This document shows positions 12,969-24,673 of a stretch of 64,000 bases of DNA, piece after piece; the stretch's first letter is position 1, and the number at the start of each line of letters is the position of its first letter. A model generated the notes under the pieces. The model was not told the origin of the DNA. It ran no database searches and saw only the letters and a list, made by a program, of their open reading frames with translations. Both the position numbers and the translations under genes were made by a program. Origin of the DNA: Felis catus (taxonomy: Eukaryota). Where the stretch lies: assembly GCF_018350175.1 (NCBI RefSeq), contig NC_058368.1, positions 228,410,001 to 228,474,000 of the forward strand. The letters run 5' to 3'.

Positions 12969-14899
12969 CACCAGAGGCCTATCTTTACCCACATGCACAG
13001 CTTTGAAAGCTTGCTACCCAAGCTGTGCCAAATCCACTCCAGTTTGGAGGTGAGAAAAGGGACAGTAAGAGATCTGTATGTTCCATACCTTCTTGCAGTC
13101 TTCATCTACCACCCACATTAAATGCCAAGACATTAGGTATTTCCTTAGAAGTCGGTATTGTGCCTTGCCCCACAGGTCACCAATATCTTGAGGTATAACA
13201 TCAGAGTGCCCAGTGGATGAGCTTTCTGATAAGCTGGGGGCTCAGCAGTAAGACCGAGGGCATGCTGGGTATCAGTGAAGATCAGTCTCATTGCTTTTCT
13301 CTTTACTTTTCCTCTGGATAAACAGAGGATTTTTGTCTCATGGGCTGTCAGTCCAACTCCTTCAGCAAGAGCCAAATAAAACAACAAAAAAAGTAGGAAG
13401 GGGAGGGCAAACATGAAGTGGATAACAGTCAAAGCAAATATCAGACAAAGCAAACTCAGTGGCATATCTACCACAATAAAAGGAAAGAATGCTGGAGGGG
13501 AAAAGTGAATTTTGCAGGTTTAAAATGTGTTACTGAACAGCAGTGCTCGTGACTGAAACTGTCAAAAGAAAAATGGTGGGGTTTTTTTTTTTTTTTTCAG
13601 CTGTGGTTTGTGAGATTTAACCCTTCCTTGTTAGATAGCTCTTTAAGTGGAAGATGATTTACCTTACTCTAAATCAGCGAGTATTTTCTTACATTCTCAT
13701 ATTAGGTTTTACGAACTGGTTTATGTCAAGTGTGATAGTGGAGGGTTTCTAAAAGTTGTTCACCAATTAAATTGTGGCTTTTGAAGGGGCACATTATATA
13801 AGTAAAATTGTGTTTTCATCCGTGTTTGTCACTTTTCTCAGGAGAAATAGATTGTATCCAGGACCTCATCGATTTCACATCCTCGCCCCACTCCCCAGCT
13901 TCTTTATCCGGTTTCTCTTCTCTCTTCTGGCCACCTCCCTTCAACTGTTCATCTGTGTCATTGTGGCTAGTCCTCCGAGGATAGACTGCAGAGTTCATGT
14001 AATATGGTGTCCCACTGTCTGAATAGCACTTTTCCCGATGAACTCTGAAAATATCCATCCCCTGTAATGGCAAACTCATGTTTGGTTTCAGGGTCGTAAA
14101 TAATCACGGGAACATTGCCATCTAAGGGTTCTTTGACGTTAAAGTTCTATAATTCTTTGATTTTTAAGTTGCTTAATGCTCCAGGATTCTCTTTCCCCAT
14201 TGATGAAAAGGAACAAGCGCATTTTATTTTAAACCTTTTCTAATAAGAGTGGTTTTCCTAGAGGGAGCGGTAGATTATTGTATTTCTACCTAACAAATGT
14301 ATTCATTTCATCCAGCAGACCGGTAGAGATAAATGGTGTTTTGGGCCATGAAACTTCATAATTTTAGCTTCAGAGGAGGCCCTCCTTACTGCTTGGGAAG
14401 CAGGGGATTATTTCCTCCACCCTCACTCTCTTCCCCCTGCTCTTCTCTTTCAAAAAGCCTCACCCGGGAGATTGCAGAAATTTACAACCCAGACGGACCC
14501 ATCTTTCAAGGTTAATGCAGTCAATCCTGACATTCTTCTTGAAACATTATCAATTTCTGTACATGAGAGAAGTTGGTGTTGGGCAGACGTCAAACATTCC
14601 TGTGCCCATAAAGCCTGCTTAGTTTTTATTTCTTCTCTTTCTTCCACATGCGAATAGGATTCTTTCTTGAGGTCATTTATCATTGTTGGCTCAGAAATAC
14701 AATAAGGAATATATAAGATATAAGGATACTGCAGGAAATAAATGTTTGCTTTCCTCTTTACCCAAGACATGCAGAAACCACTCAAATATGCGGAGACCCA
14801 GAACTACCGAGAAGCACATTTAGGGGGTGGAGAAAGATGAGCTCACCATCTTACAGATCCCAGTCTCTTGATTGGAAATTCATACAGCCATGCCTCTCA

Positions 14900-15040
14900 G
14901 GTTCTGTTATGTCTCAAATCATCTGTGGATCGTGTTGAAATGCAGATTCTGATTCCAGAAGTTCTGGAGAGCCTGCATTTCTGCAAAGCTCCCAGATGAT
15001 GTCCATGCTATTGGCTGGGTGAGGGCATGTTGAGTAGCCA
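14900..15040 (-). mobile_element. MER5A-like hAT MITE
   Basis: aaatgcagattctgattc...ctgcatttct...gctcccagatgat. Confidence 0.65.
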
Positions 15041-15619
15041 GGCCTCGGATACAGACAGAGTAAAGCTGTGTGCTCAGAGAGCCGTGATAGCTTTGCCATC
15101 CCACGTGTGATCTGAACGCTAGCAGCGGTCTCCTGCCAGGCCATTTAGGAGCTCAAGGCCAAAGGAAAAACGTGCCTCCAAATATACTTACCAATATCCT
15201 ACCACATTTCAAACCGTGTGGAAAACGTTGATAAAGTCTCTACCACTAAAACAACAGCAGCAACAATGATAATAAAGGATTATGATATATATAGCCTTGC
15301 CATGTGTCCGACCTGTCCCCGAGCCACTGTTGTCCTTGAGATCCTGCGTGGTGGAGTCTTACAAGGAAGCGTGAGTTGGAAATAACTGGTCCTGTCACGC
15401 AAGAGTGTGGAGTCATCCAGCAAATGACAGCCTTTTTTTGTTAACATTTTTTTACACTGTAATCAGGAATATTTTTACATTTATTTTGATCTTTAAAAAC
15501 ATTGTGTTAACAGTATTTTAATACGATAAACGTTTATGTTGATAAGTGAGTTTTGGGCATCTCCTTAAATTTTGTGCTTCGGGCAAGTCCTCACTTTCCC
15601 CACCCTAATCCCAGCCCTG

Positions 15620-15755
15620 ATCAGGAGCAGAAGTGTCACCTGGGAGTTTTTTAGAAATGGAAGATCTCAAGCCCCATCCCAGACTTACCGAATGAGAATC
15701 TGCATCTGAAAGGGATTACGGAGTGATTCATGCACACGTTAAAGTTTGCAAGATG
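15620..15755 (+). mobile_element. MER5A-like hAT MITE
   Basis: tcacctgggag..ttagaaatg..ccccatcccagacttaccgaatgagaatctgcat. Confidence 0.65.
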
Positions 15756-16939
15756 TCCTTAAGAGATCACGCTTTCAAACAGGAGTTGCTCGGTCTGTGT
15801 CTCATCTTGTCCTGGAAGAAGACTTTTTGCTTAATGTTGAATTACCAGGTTTGTGGTTCTATGAGTTTCTAAAATGAATATGGTCCTAAATTTCCTCTAC
15901 ATTTACACAGCTTATACGAAATGTATTTATACAGCAACTAGCTTTTAGAGTTAGCCATGAAATCCTGTCTACTTTTTTTTTTTTTTTTAACCTAAACAGG
16001 TGCAGAAATAGATCTCAACACAGAAAGGTGGCTTTTATCACAAGCAGGCTCGTTCCAGAAGAATCATAAGGTAACAAGAATAGATCTCATTTAGAGTCTC
16101 TTTCTATTTTTAATTTGCCTCATGGTGAAGGATGAAGGACAACAAAAACCGCCCCAAGTTCTTTGATGCACTCCTTCTTCTTTTGATTGTGTCTTTGAGG
16201 GGAGCTCTCAAAGGCATCAAATAAATCCATTGTCAGAACAATCTTCCGGTGTAATGAGAATGGAAAATGACACAATTATCTTTTCTTGTATCAAGGATTG
16301 TAAGGAGAGTTTGGAAAGACATTAAATGAAGCGTGTCCCTTGGGGACTTTAAACCTGTGCTCTACCAATTGTATCCCCATGCTGTGGGAGGAAGTGAATA
16401 CTTTGGTTTCAAAAGAGCTGAGTAGACATTTACAGAGGCTTTTTACCAGAAAAAATGGTGGGTCTCGGTTTGTGGATATGTTATGAATTAAAATTTCTTT
16501 GGATTCATTATCTCTTGTGTTACATTTACGTGAAAAAGCTATGTTTTTCATGATGAAATAAGCAATATGTATTTCTAGGGTGACTTTATATTAAGGTCTT
16601 CCTTTGAGTTGAGCTTTACTTAATGTAACTCAATGGCTGGTGCACTGGTTATACTGTCTCACTAGGATATATTGTTTATGAGGTGAAAAGATGAAGATAT
16701 ATTTTCTAGTCCGTCATCGGTCACATCCCTAGGACACAAAGTGAATAGAAATTGAGCAGTTTTGTGATCATTTTCATAACCAGAGGCCACAGTGGTTCTC
16801 AGCCAATGCCATGTTGCCATGTGACATGCATTTGAAATGCACAGGGAATGTTTTGTTTGTCGAAATGACTGAGGCACTAGGCGATAGGTAGGGGATGGGT
16901 TACTAGGGGATAGTAACACCCCAGGAATAATTATACCAC

Positions 16940-17463
16940 CCGGTGGCAGACAGACTCTAAGATGGCCCCCATGCACCCTTGCCTCCTGGGATTCATTCTC
17001 TTGTGTAATCCCCACCCTCCGAGTGTGGGAGTGACATGTTATGTACTTCTAACTGTAGAATACAGCAGAGGTGACACAATATATGGGATTAGGTGAATGT
17101 TATTATGTTATAAAGGATTGTAGTATCTGTCTTGCAAGGAACTCTTTCTTACTAGTTTTGAAGAAGCTAGCTGCCATTTTGTGTGCTGCCCTATGGAGAG
17201 GGCCATTGTATCAAAGGAGGTGAGTGTGGCCTCTGGCTGACCATCACCAAGAAACTGAGGCCCTCAGTCTGGAAACCTACAGGAAACTGCACGCTGCTAA
17301 CAATTGGGTAGGCTTAGAAGGGGATCCTTCACCAGTCAAGCCCCAAGAGAGAACCCAGTCTTTACTGATACCTTGATTTCTGCCTTATGAAGAGTCAAAC
17401 TAACTTGTGCCCAGACTACTGACCCAGAGAAACTGAGAAAATAAACATATTTTGTCTTAAGGT
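16940..17463 (+). mobile_element. MaLR LTR (MLT1), left part; split by the L1
   Basis: ggtggcagacagactctaagatggccccc...aataaacatattttgtcttaag; the missing 3' end resumes at 25721-25776. Confidence 0.8.
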
Positions 17464-19469
17464 ATTTTTTTTTAATTTTAGTATTTATTGTAGCTCAAAT
17501 CTTCTGGAAACATTCTTTCAGTTTTTGTTTGTCTGAAAATGCCTTTACTTTGCCTTCATTTTTTTTAACTTGTTTTATTTTTTATTTTTTTAAATTTACG
17601 TCCAAATTAGTTAGCATATAGTGCAACAATGATTTCAGGAATAGATTCTTTAGTGCCCCTTACCCACTTAGCCCATCCCCTTCCCACAACCCTTCCCGTA
17701 ACCCACAGTTTGTTCTCCGTATTTATGAGTCTTTTCTGTTTTGTCCCCCTCCCTGTTTTTATATTATTTTTGTTTCTCTTCCCTTATGTTCATCTGTTCT
17801 GTCTCTTAAAGTCCTCGTATGAGTGAAGTCATATGATTTTTGTCTTACTCTGACTGACTAATTTCACTTAGCATAATACCCTCCAGTTCCATCCACGTAG
17901 TTGCAAATGACAAGATTTCATTCTCATTGCCGAGTAATACTCCCTTGTACATATATACCACATCTTTATCCATTCACCCATCGATGAACATTTGGGATCT
18001 TTCCATACTTGGCTATTGTTGATAGTGCTGCTGTAAACAATGTGGTGCATGTGTCCCTTCGAAACAGCACACCTGTATCCCTTGGATAAATGCCTAGCAG
18101 TGCAATTGCTGGGACATAGGGTAGTTCTATTTGTAGTTTTTTGAGGAACCTCCATACTGTTTTCCAGAGTGGCTGCACCAGCTTCCATTTCCACCGGCAA
18201 TGAAAAGAGATCCTCTTTTTCCGCATCCTCTCCAACATCTGTTGTTGCCTGAGTTGTTAATGTTAGCCATTCTGACAGGTGTAGGTGGTATCTCACTGTG
18301 GTTTTGATTTGTAGTTCCCTGATGATGAGTGATGTTGAGCATTTTCTCATGTGTCGTCAGTTGGCCATCTGGATGTCTTCTTTGGAGAAGTGTCTATTCA
18401 TGTCTTTTGTCCATTTCTTCACTGGATTATTTGTTTTTTTGGGTGTTGAGTTTGATAAGTTCTTTATAGATTTTGAATACTAACCCTTTATCTGATATGT
18501 CATTTGCAAATATCTTCTCCCATTCTGTTGGTTGCCTTTAAGTTTTGCTGATTGTTTCCTTCGCTGTGCAGAAGCTTTTTATTTTGATGTCACAGTAATT
18601 CATTTTTTGCTTTCGTTTCCCTTGGATCTAGAGACGTGTTGAGTAAGAAGTTGCTGCAGCCAAGATCAAAGAGGTTTTTGCCTGCTTTCTCCTCAAGGAT
18701 TTTGATGGCTTCCTATCTTACATTGAGGTCTTTCATCCAGTTTGAGTTTACTTTTGTGTATGGTGTAAGAAAGTGGTCCAGGTTCATTCTTCTGCATGTC
18801 GCTGTCCAGTTTTCCCAGCACCACTTGCTGAAGAGACTGTCTTTATTCCACTGGATATTCTTTCCTGCTTTGTCAAAGATGAGTTGGCCATACGTTTGTG
18901 GGTCTATTTCTGGGTTCTCTATTCTGTTCCATTGATCTGAGTGTCTGTTCTTGTGCCAGTACCATACTGTCTTGATGATTACAACTTTATAGTATAGCTT
19001 GAAGTCCGGGATTGTGATGCCTCCTGCTTTGGTTTTCTTTTTCAAGATTTCTTTGGCTATTCGAGGTCTTTTCTGGTTCCATACAAATTTTAGAAATATT
19101 TGTTCTAGCTTTGTGAAGAATGCTGCTGTTATTTTGATAGGGATTGCATTGCTTATGCAGATTGCTTTGGGTAGTATTGACATTTTAACAATATTTGTTC
19201 TTCCTATCCAGGAGCATGGAATCTTTTCCCATTTTTTTTGTGTCTTCTTCAATTTCTTTCATAAGCTTTCTATAGTTTTCAGTGTATAGATTTTTCACCT
19301 CTTTGATTAGATTTATTCCTAGGTGTTTTATGGTTTTTGGTGCAACTGTAAATGGGATCGATTCCTTGATTTCTCTTTCTGTCGCCTCATTGTTGGTATA
19401 GGAATGAAACTGATTTCTGTGTGTTGATTTTATATCCTGCAACCTTGCTGAATTCATGAATCAATTCTA

Positions 19470-20407
19470 TGAAGGAACCAGCCGAATGAAGTCTCATTCA
19501 GCACTGCCATGAGGATAAAGATCCTCTTTTGGAAACCACTGCAAGGCAGTGGACCATCGCTAAACCACATGCTGCTATTGCTCTTACTGTCCTCTTTAGT
19601 TCTGACTCTTGGGGAAGCCTGGAAATGGGAGACATATGTAAAATATAGACAAGATCCCATGGGTAATATGTGTATGTGGAGTGATTGGGGCCCTTATACT
19701 AATCATGGGATGAGGGGACTTTACCAGAGGAAATTGAAAGGGGGTTTTCAATCACCTTGTATTGGGTTCATTTATAATCAGAAATATTATTCTGTAAGTC
19801 ATCCTACTAGTACTAGATATACTGCATGGAAAGTTCCTTGGAAATTAGTCAAAGATATGTTTGGATGTTGCCCCTGGCAATGTATTGTGTTCTAAATTTA
19901 TGACTAATCCTAAAGGTTGCCATTGTGAAGTGTACAATGGATTAGAAGACAACCTGTACCCTAATATGAACACAACAACATTGTAAAGCTTCTTAGAAAA
20001 GTTATCATGACCCTGAGAACCTGGTGAACCTTACACGAGAATTGTAATAAGATAAATGACCCTGTTTGTGACATTGTTAAAGATTTCTTTTCATTGTATC
20101 TACCTTATGTAAACTGAGGAAATAACCTTTGAGGAACTTTCTGTGAACTTTGTACCTTCTCCTTTCCCTGCTAATAATCATGTTGTATAATCATGTGAGA
20201 CTATATATGTCGGTGCACACGTGCCTGCCTGATGCCTATCATGTAGAATTAGTTATCCCCCACCTGTTAAGACTCCGGTCCCCAAGTGATAAATAACTCC
20301 TTCGCTACCTGCAATAAAGGCTGATGTGCAGAAACTGAAGTGTGACTTCCTTCGCCGACGTCCACCCATCCCAACAGGACCCTGACTGCTGGAGCAGGTC
20401 TCCGGCA
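19470..20407 (+). mobile_element. Class II (betaretrovirus/ERV-K-like) solo LTR inserted in L1 ORF2
   Basis: Begins TGAAGG and ends CTGGAGCAGGTCTCCGGCA. Perfect 6-bp TSD ATTCTA at 19464-19469 and 20408-20413. TATA-like ATAAATA at 20289-20295 and AATAAA at 20313-20318. Removing it restores contiguous L1 sequence (compare the uninterrupted L1 at about 48460-48500). Confidence 0.9.
19509..19895 (+). CDS. LTR (U3)-encoded ORF, putative secreted retroviral accessory protein, 128 aa
   Basis: ATG in gccATG context 39 nt inside the LTR; second Met at 19569 begins signal-peptide-like MLLLLLLSSLVLTLGEA; Trp/Tyr/Cys-rich mature part. No evidence of expression. Confidence 0.55.
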   Translation: MRIKILFWKPLQGSGPSLNHMLLLLLLSSLVLTLGEAWKWETYVKYRQDPMGNMCMWSDWGPYTNHGMRGLYQRKLKGGFQSPCIGFIYNQKYYSVSHPTSTRYTAWKVPWKLVKDMFGCCPWQCIVF

Positions 20408-22599
20408 ATTCTAGCTGGTTTTTTTTGGTGGAATCTTTTGGGTTTCCTATATAGAGTATCATGTCATCTGCGAAGAGTGAAAGTTTGACCTCCTCCTGGC
20501 CAATTTGGATGCCTTTTATTTCTTTGTGTTGTCTGATTACAGAGGCTAAGACTTCCAATACTATGTTGAATAATAGTGGCGAGAGTGGACATCGCTGTCT
20601 TGTTCCTGACCTTAGGGGGAAAGCTCTCAGTTTTTCCCTATTGAGGATGATATTAGCGTTTGGTTGTTCATATATGGGTTTATGATCTCAAGGTATGCTC
20701 CTTCTATCCCTAACTTTTGAGGGTTTTTATCAAGAAAGCATGCTGTATTTTGTCAAATGCTTTGTCTGCAACTATTGAGAGGATCATGTGGTTCTTGTTC
20801 TTTCTCTTATTGGTGTGATGAATCACGTTAATTGTTTTGTGGATATTGAAGCAGCCCTGCATCCCAGGTATAAATCCCACTTGGTCGTGGTGAATAATTT
20901 TATTTTAATGTATTGTTGGATCCGGTTGGCTAATATCTTTTTGAGGATTTTTGCATCCATGTTCATCAGGGAAATTGGTCTATAGTTCTCCTTTTTAGAG
21001 GGGTCTCTGGTTGGTTTTGGAATCAAGGTAATGCTGGCTTCATAGAAAGAGTTTGGAAATTTTCCTTCCATTTCTATTTTTTGGAACACCTTCAAGAGAA
21101 TAGGTGTTAACTCTTCCTTAAATGTCTGATAGAATTCCCCTGGAAAGCCATCTGGCTCTGGACTCTTGTTTTTTGGGAAATTTTTGATTACTAATTCGAT
21201 TTCTTTACTGGTTATAGATCTGTTCAAATTTTCTATTTCTTCCTGTTTCAGTTTGGTAGTGTATATGTTTCTAGGAATTTGTCCATTTCTTCCAGATTGC
21301 CCATTTTATTGGCATATAATTGCTCATAATATTCTCTTATTATTGCTTTTATTTCTGCTGTGTTGGTTGTGATCTGTCCTCTTTCATTCTTGATTTTGTT
21401 TATTTGGATCCTTTTTCTTTTTGATCAAACTGTCTAGTGGTTCATCAATTTTGTTAATTCTTTCAAAGAACCAGCTTCTGGTTTCATTAATCTGTTCTGT
21501 TTTTTTTGTTGTTGTTGGTTTCAATAGCATTAATTTCTGCTCTAATCTTTAGTATTTCCTGTCTTCTGCTGGTTTTGGGTCTTATTTGCTGTTCTTTTTC
21601 CAGCTCCTTAAGGTGTAAGGGTAGGCTGTGTATCTGAGATCTTTCTTCCTTCTTTAGGAAGGCCTGGATTGCTATATACTTTCCTCTTATGACCGCCTTT
21701 GCTGCGTCCCAGAGGTTTTGGGTTGTGGTGTTATTTTCATTGGCTTCCATATACTTTTTAATTTCCTCTTTAACTTCTTGGTTAGCCCATTCATTCTTTA
21801 GTAGGATGTTGTTCAATGTCCAAGTATTTCTTACCTTTCCAAATTTTTTCGTGTAGTTGATTTCGAGTTTCATAGCATTGTGGTCTGAAAACATGCATGG
21901 TATGATCTTGATCTTTTTGTACTTGCTGAGGGCTGATTTGTGTCCCAGTATGTGGTCTATTCTGGAGGATGTTCCATATGCACTGGAGAAGAATGTATAT
22001 TCTGCTGCTTTAGGATGAAATGTTCTGAATATATGTGTTAAGTCCATCTGGTCCAGTGTGTCATTCAAAACCATTGTTTCCTTGTTGATTTTTTGATTAG
22101 ATGATCTGTCCATTGGTGTGAGTGGGGTGTTGAAGTCTCCTACTATTATGGTATTACTATCGATGAGTTTCTTTATTTGTGATTAATTGACTTATATATT
22201 TGGGTGCTGCCACATTTGGCACATAAATGTTTACAATTATTAGGTCTTCTTGGTGGATAGACCCCTTAATTATGATATAATGCCCTTCTTCATCTCTTGA
22301 TACAGTATTTATTTTAAAGTCTAGATTGTCTGATATAAGTATGGCTACTCTGGCTTTCTTTTGTTGACCATGATAGATGGTTCTCCATCCCCTTATTTTC
22401 AATCTGAAGGTATCTTTAGGTCTAATGTGGGTCTCTTGTATACAGCTTATAGGTGGATCTTGTTTTCTTATCCATTCTATTACCCTATGTCTTTTGATTG
22501 GAGCATTGAGTCCATTGACATTTAGACTGAGTACTGAAAGATATGAATTCATTGCTATTATGATGCTGGTAGAGTTGGAGTTTCTGGTGGTGTTCTCTG

Positions 22600-23547
22600 G
22601 TCCTTTATAATCTTTGTTGCTTTTATATATATATATTGAATATATATATGTATATTCATCTTTTCTCCCCTCAGAGAGTCCCCCTTAAAATTTCTTGCAG
22701 GGCTGGTTTAATGGTCACAAACTCTTAATTTTTGTTTGTCTGGGAAACTTTTTATCTCTCCTTCTATTTTGAATGACAACCTTGCTGGATAAAGAATTCT
22801 TGGCTGCATATTTTTCTGATTCAGCACATTGAATATATCCTGCCACTGCTTTCTGGCCTGCCAAGTTTCTGTGGATAGGTCTGCTGCAAACCTGATCTGT
22901 ATTCCCTTGTAGGTTATGGACTTTTTTCCCCCTTGCTGCTTTCATGATTCTCTCCTTGCCTGAGTATTTTGTGAATTTGACTATGATATGCCTTGTTGAT
23001 GGTCGGTTTTTGTTGAATCTAATGGGGGTCCTCTGTGTTTCCTGGATTTTGATGTCTGTGTCTTTCCCCAGGTTAGGAAAGTTTTCTGCTATGATTTGCT
23101 CACATAACCCTTCTACCCCTATTTCTCTCTCTTCATCTTCTGGGACCCCTATGATTCTGATGTTCCTTTTTAATGAGTCACTGATTTCTCTAATTCTTAA
23201 ATCATGCCCCTTTGCTTAATCTGCCTCTTTTTTTCTGCTTCATTATTCTCTATAGGTTTGTCCTCTATGTTGCTGATTCTCTGTTCTGCCTCCTCCACCC
23301 TTGCTGCCACTGCATCCATCCATGATTGCAGCTCAGTTGTAGCATTTTTAATTTCATTCTGGCTATTTTTTACTTCTTTTTATGTCTGCAGAAAGGGATT
23401 CTAATCTATTTTCAACTCCAGCTAGTATTCTTATTATTGTGATTCTAAATTCTGGTTCAGACATCTTGCTTATATCTGTGTTGGTTAAATCCCTTGCAGT
23501 CATTTCTTCATGCTCTTTCTCTTGGGGTGAATTCCTTCGTTTGTCAT
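22600..23547 (-). pseudogene. L1 ORF1, frameshifted
   Basis: ATG at 23547 (aaaATGaca) downstream of the 5'UTR; positioned just upstream of ORF2, with fragmented L1 ORF1-like translation. Confidence 0.85.
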
Positions 23548-23611
23548 TTTGAAGGGAGAAAAGGAATTAATGAGATAGAAAAATTAAAATTAAAAAAATT
23601 AAAATTGAAAA

Positions 23612-23614
<3 letters not shown>

Positions 23615-23655
<41 letters not shown>
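23615..23655. repeat. (CA)n microsatellite inside the L1 5'UTR
   Basis: About 20 CA units. Confidence 0.95.
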
Positions 23656-23658
<3 letters not shown>

Positions 23659-23754
23659 CTAATAAATGATGCCAGAGCCTAGGTGTGTTTTGGTCTGGAT
23701 GTTGAAAGTGGTTTGACAGATTAGAGAGAAAAAAAAGGGGGGGGGGGACAAAAA

Positions 23755-24420
23755 AAAGGAAATCGTTTGTGAATTTGAAAAAATTAATACACTGAAGTAG
23801 ACTAAAATGAAATGATGGGAGTAAAATAGAATTTGAAAAAATTTACACAGAAGTAAAAAATATAGTAGAAAAAATTTAAAGAAAAATATTTTTAATAAAA
23901 ATTAAAAATAAAAATGAATTTTTTCTCCTTCTGTATTCAAGAAAAAGAAAAGAAACAAAAAATAAAAAAAGAGAAAAAAAGCAGAAATCGTTTGAAAATT
24001 TGAAAAAGTGAATAGGATGTAATAGACTAAAATAAAATGGTGGAAGTAGAATAGAATTTGAAAAAATTTTACATGAAAGCAAAAAATACAGTAAAAAATT
24101 AAAGAAAAATATTTTTAATAGAAATTGAAACTAAAAATGAAGTTTTTCTTTCTTCATTCAAGAAAAAGAACAGAAACAAAAAAGAGAAAAAAGACACAAA
24201 AAAGAAATCGTTTGAAAATTTGAAAAGGTGAATACACTGAAGTAGACTAAAATAGAATGATCGAAGTAAGATATAGAATTTGAAAAAATTTTCAGAAAAG
24301 TAAAAAACATAGTAAAAAAAATCAAACAAAAATATTTTTAATAATAATTGAAAATAAAAATGAGTTTTCTTCTCTTTCTGTATTCAAGAAAAAGAATAGT
24401 GTACAAGAGAAAAAAAAAGA
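23755..24420. repeat. About 3 copies of a roughly 220-bp AT-rich tandem unit in the L1 5'UTR
   Basis: aatcgtttg..aatttgaaaa..aatac..gtagactaaaat recurs at about 23761, 23986 and 24206. Confidence 0.9.
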
Positions 24421-24575
24421 AAGAAAATTGAATAGATAGACCTGCTAACAGATTCAAATAAGACTGAAATTACTTCGTTTTCCCCTAGAAGTCAGACTAT
24501 ATAGCAGTTTATAGTCTATAAACTAAGTAGGTGGTGAGACTTGTGTTCCTGACACAGAGAGAGGTTGGCTCAGTT

Positions 24576-24673
24576 GGGCGGGGCTCAGTGTAATGGCTCC
24601 ATTCTCCACTAGATGGCGCTGCTAGCCTGCTGGAGTGGGTTGTGGCACGTGTAGGTGCGTATGCGCATGCGCA
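24576..24673 (+). promoter_or_regulatory. GC box, CTCF-like and NRF1 motifs in the L1 5'UTR
   Basis: GGGCGGGGC near 24576, CCACTAGATGGCGCT at 24606-24620, TGCGCATGCGCA at 24662-24673; motif matches only. Confidence 0.5.

Larger units (their letters stand above)
17790..22560 (-). pseudogene. L1 ORF2 (endonuclease/reverse transcriptase), frameshifted and interrupted by an LTR
   Basis: Track fragments SLNVNGLNAPIKRHRV (endonuclease), [25 protein letters not shown] and LFADDMILY (RT); multiple frameshifts. Confidence 0.95.

Noticed and set aside
13430..14700. Repeat-poor stretch that might hold conserved enhancers or exons
   Set aside because: No convincing splice or ORF pattern, and conservation cannot be judged without alignments.
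19462..20413. Processed retrogene interpretation of the insert (8-bp direct repeat CAATTCTA)
   Set aside because: No polyA tail; TG...CA ends with a 6-bp TSD and internal TATA/AATAAA fit an LTR, and the extra CA match is coincidental.
17790..23547. Retrotransposition-competent L1
   Set aside because: ORF1 and ORF2 are fragmented by frameshifts and by the LTR insertion.
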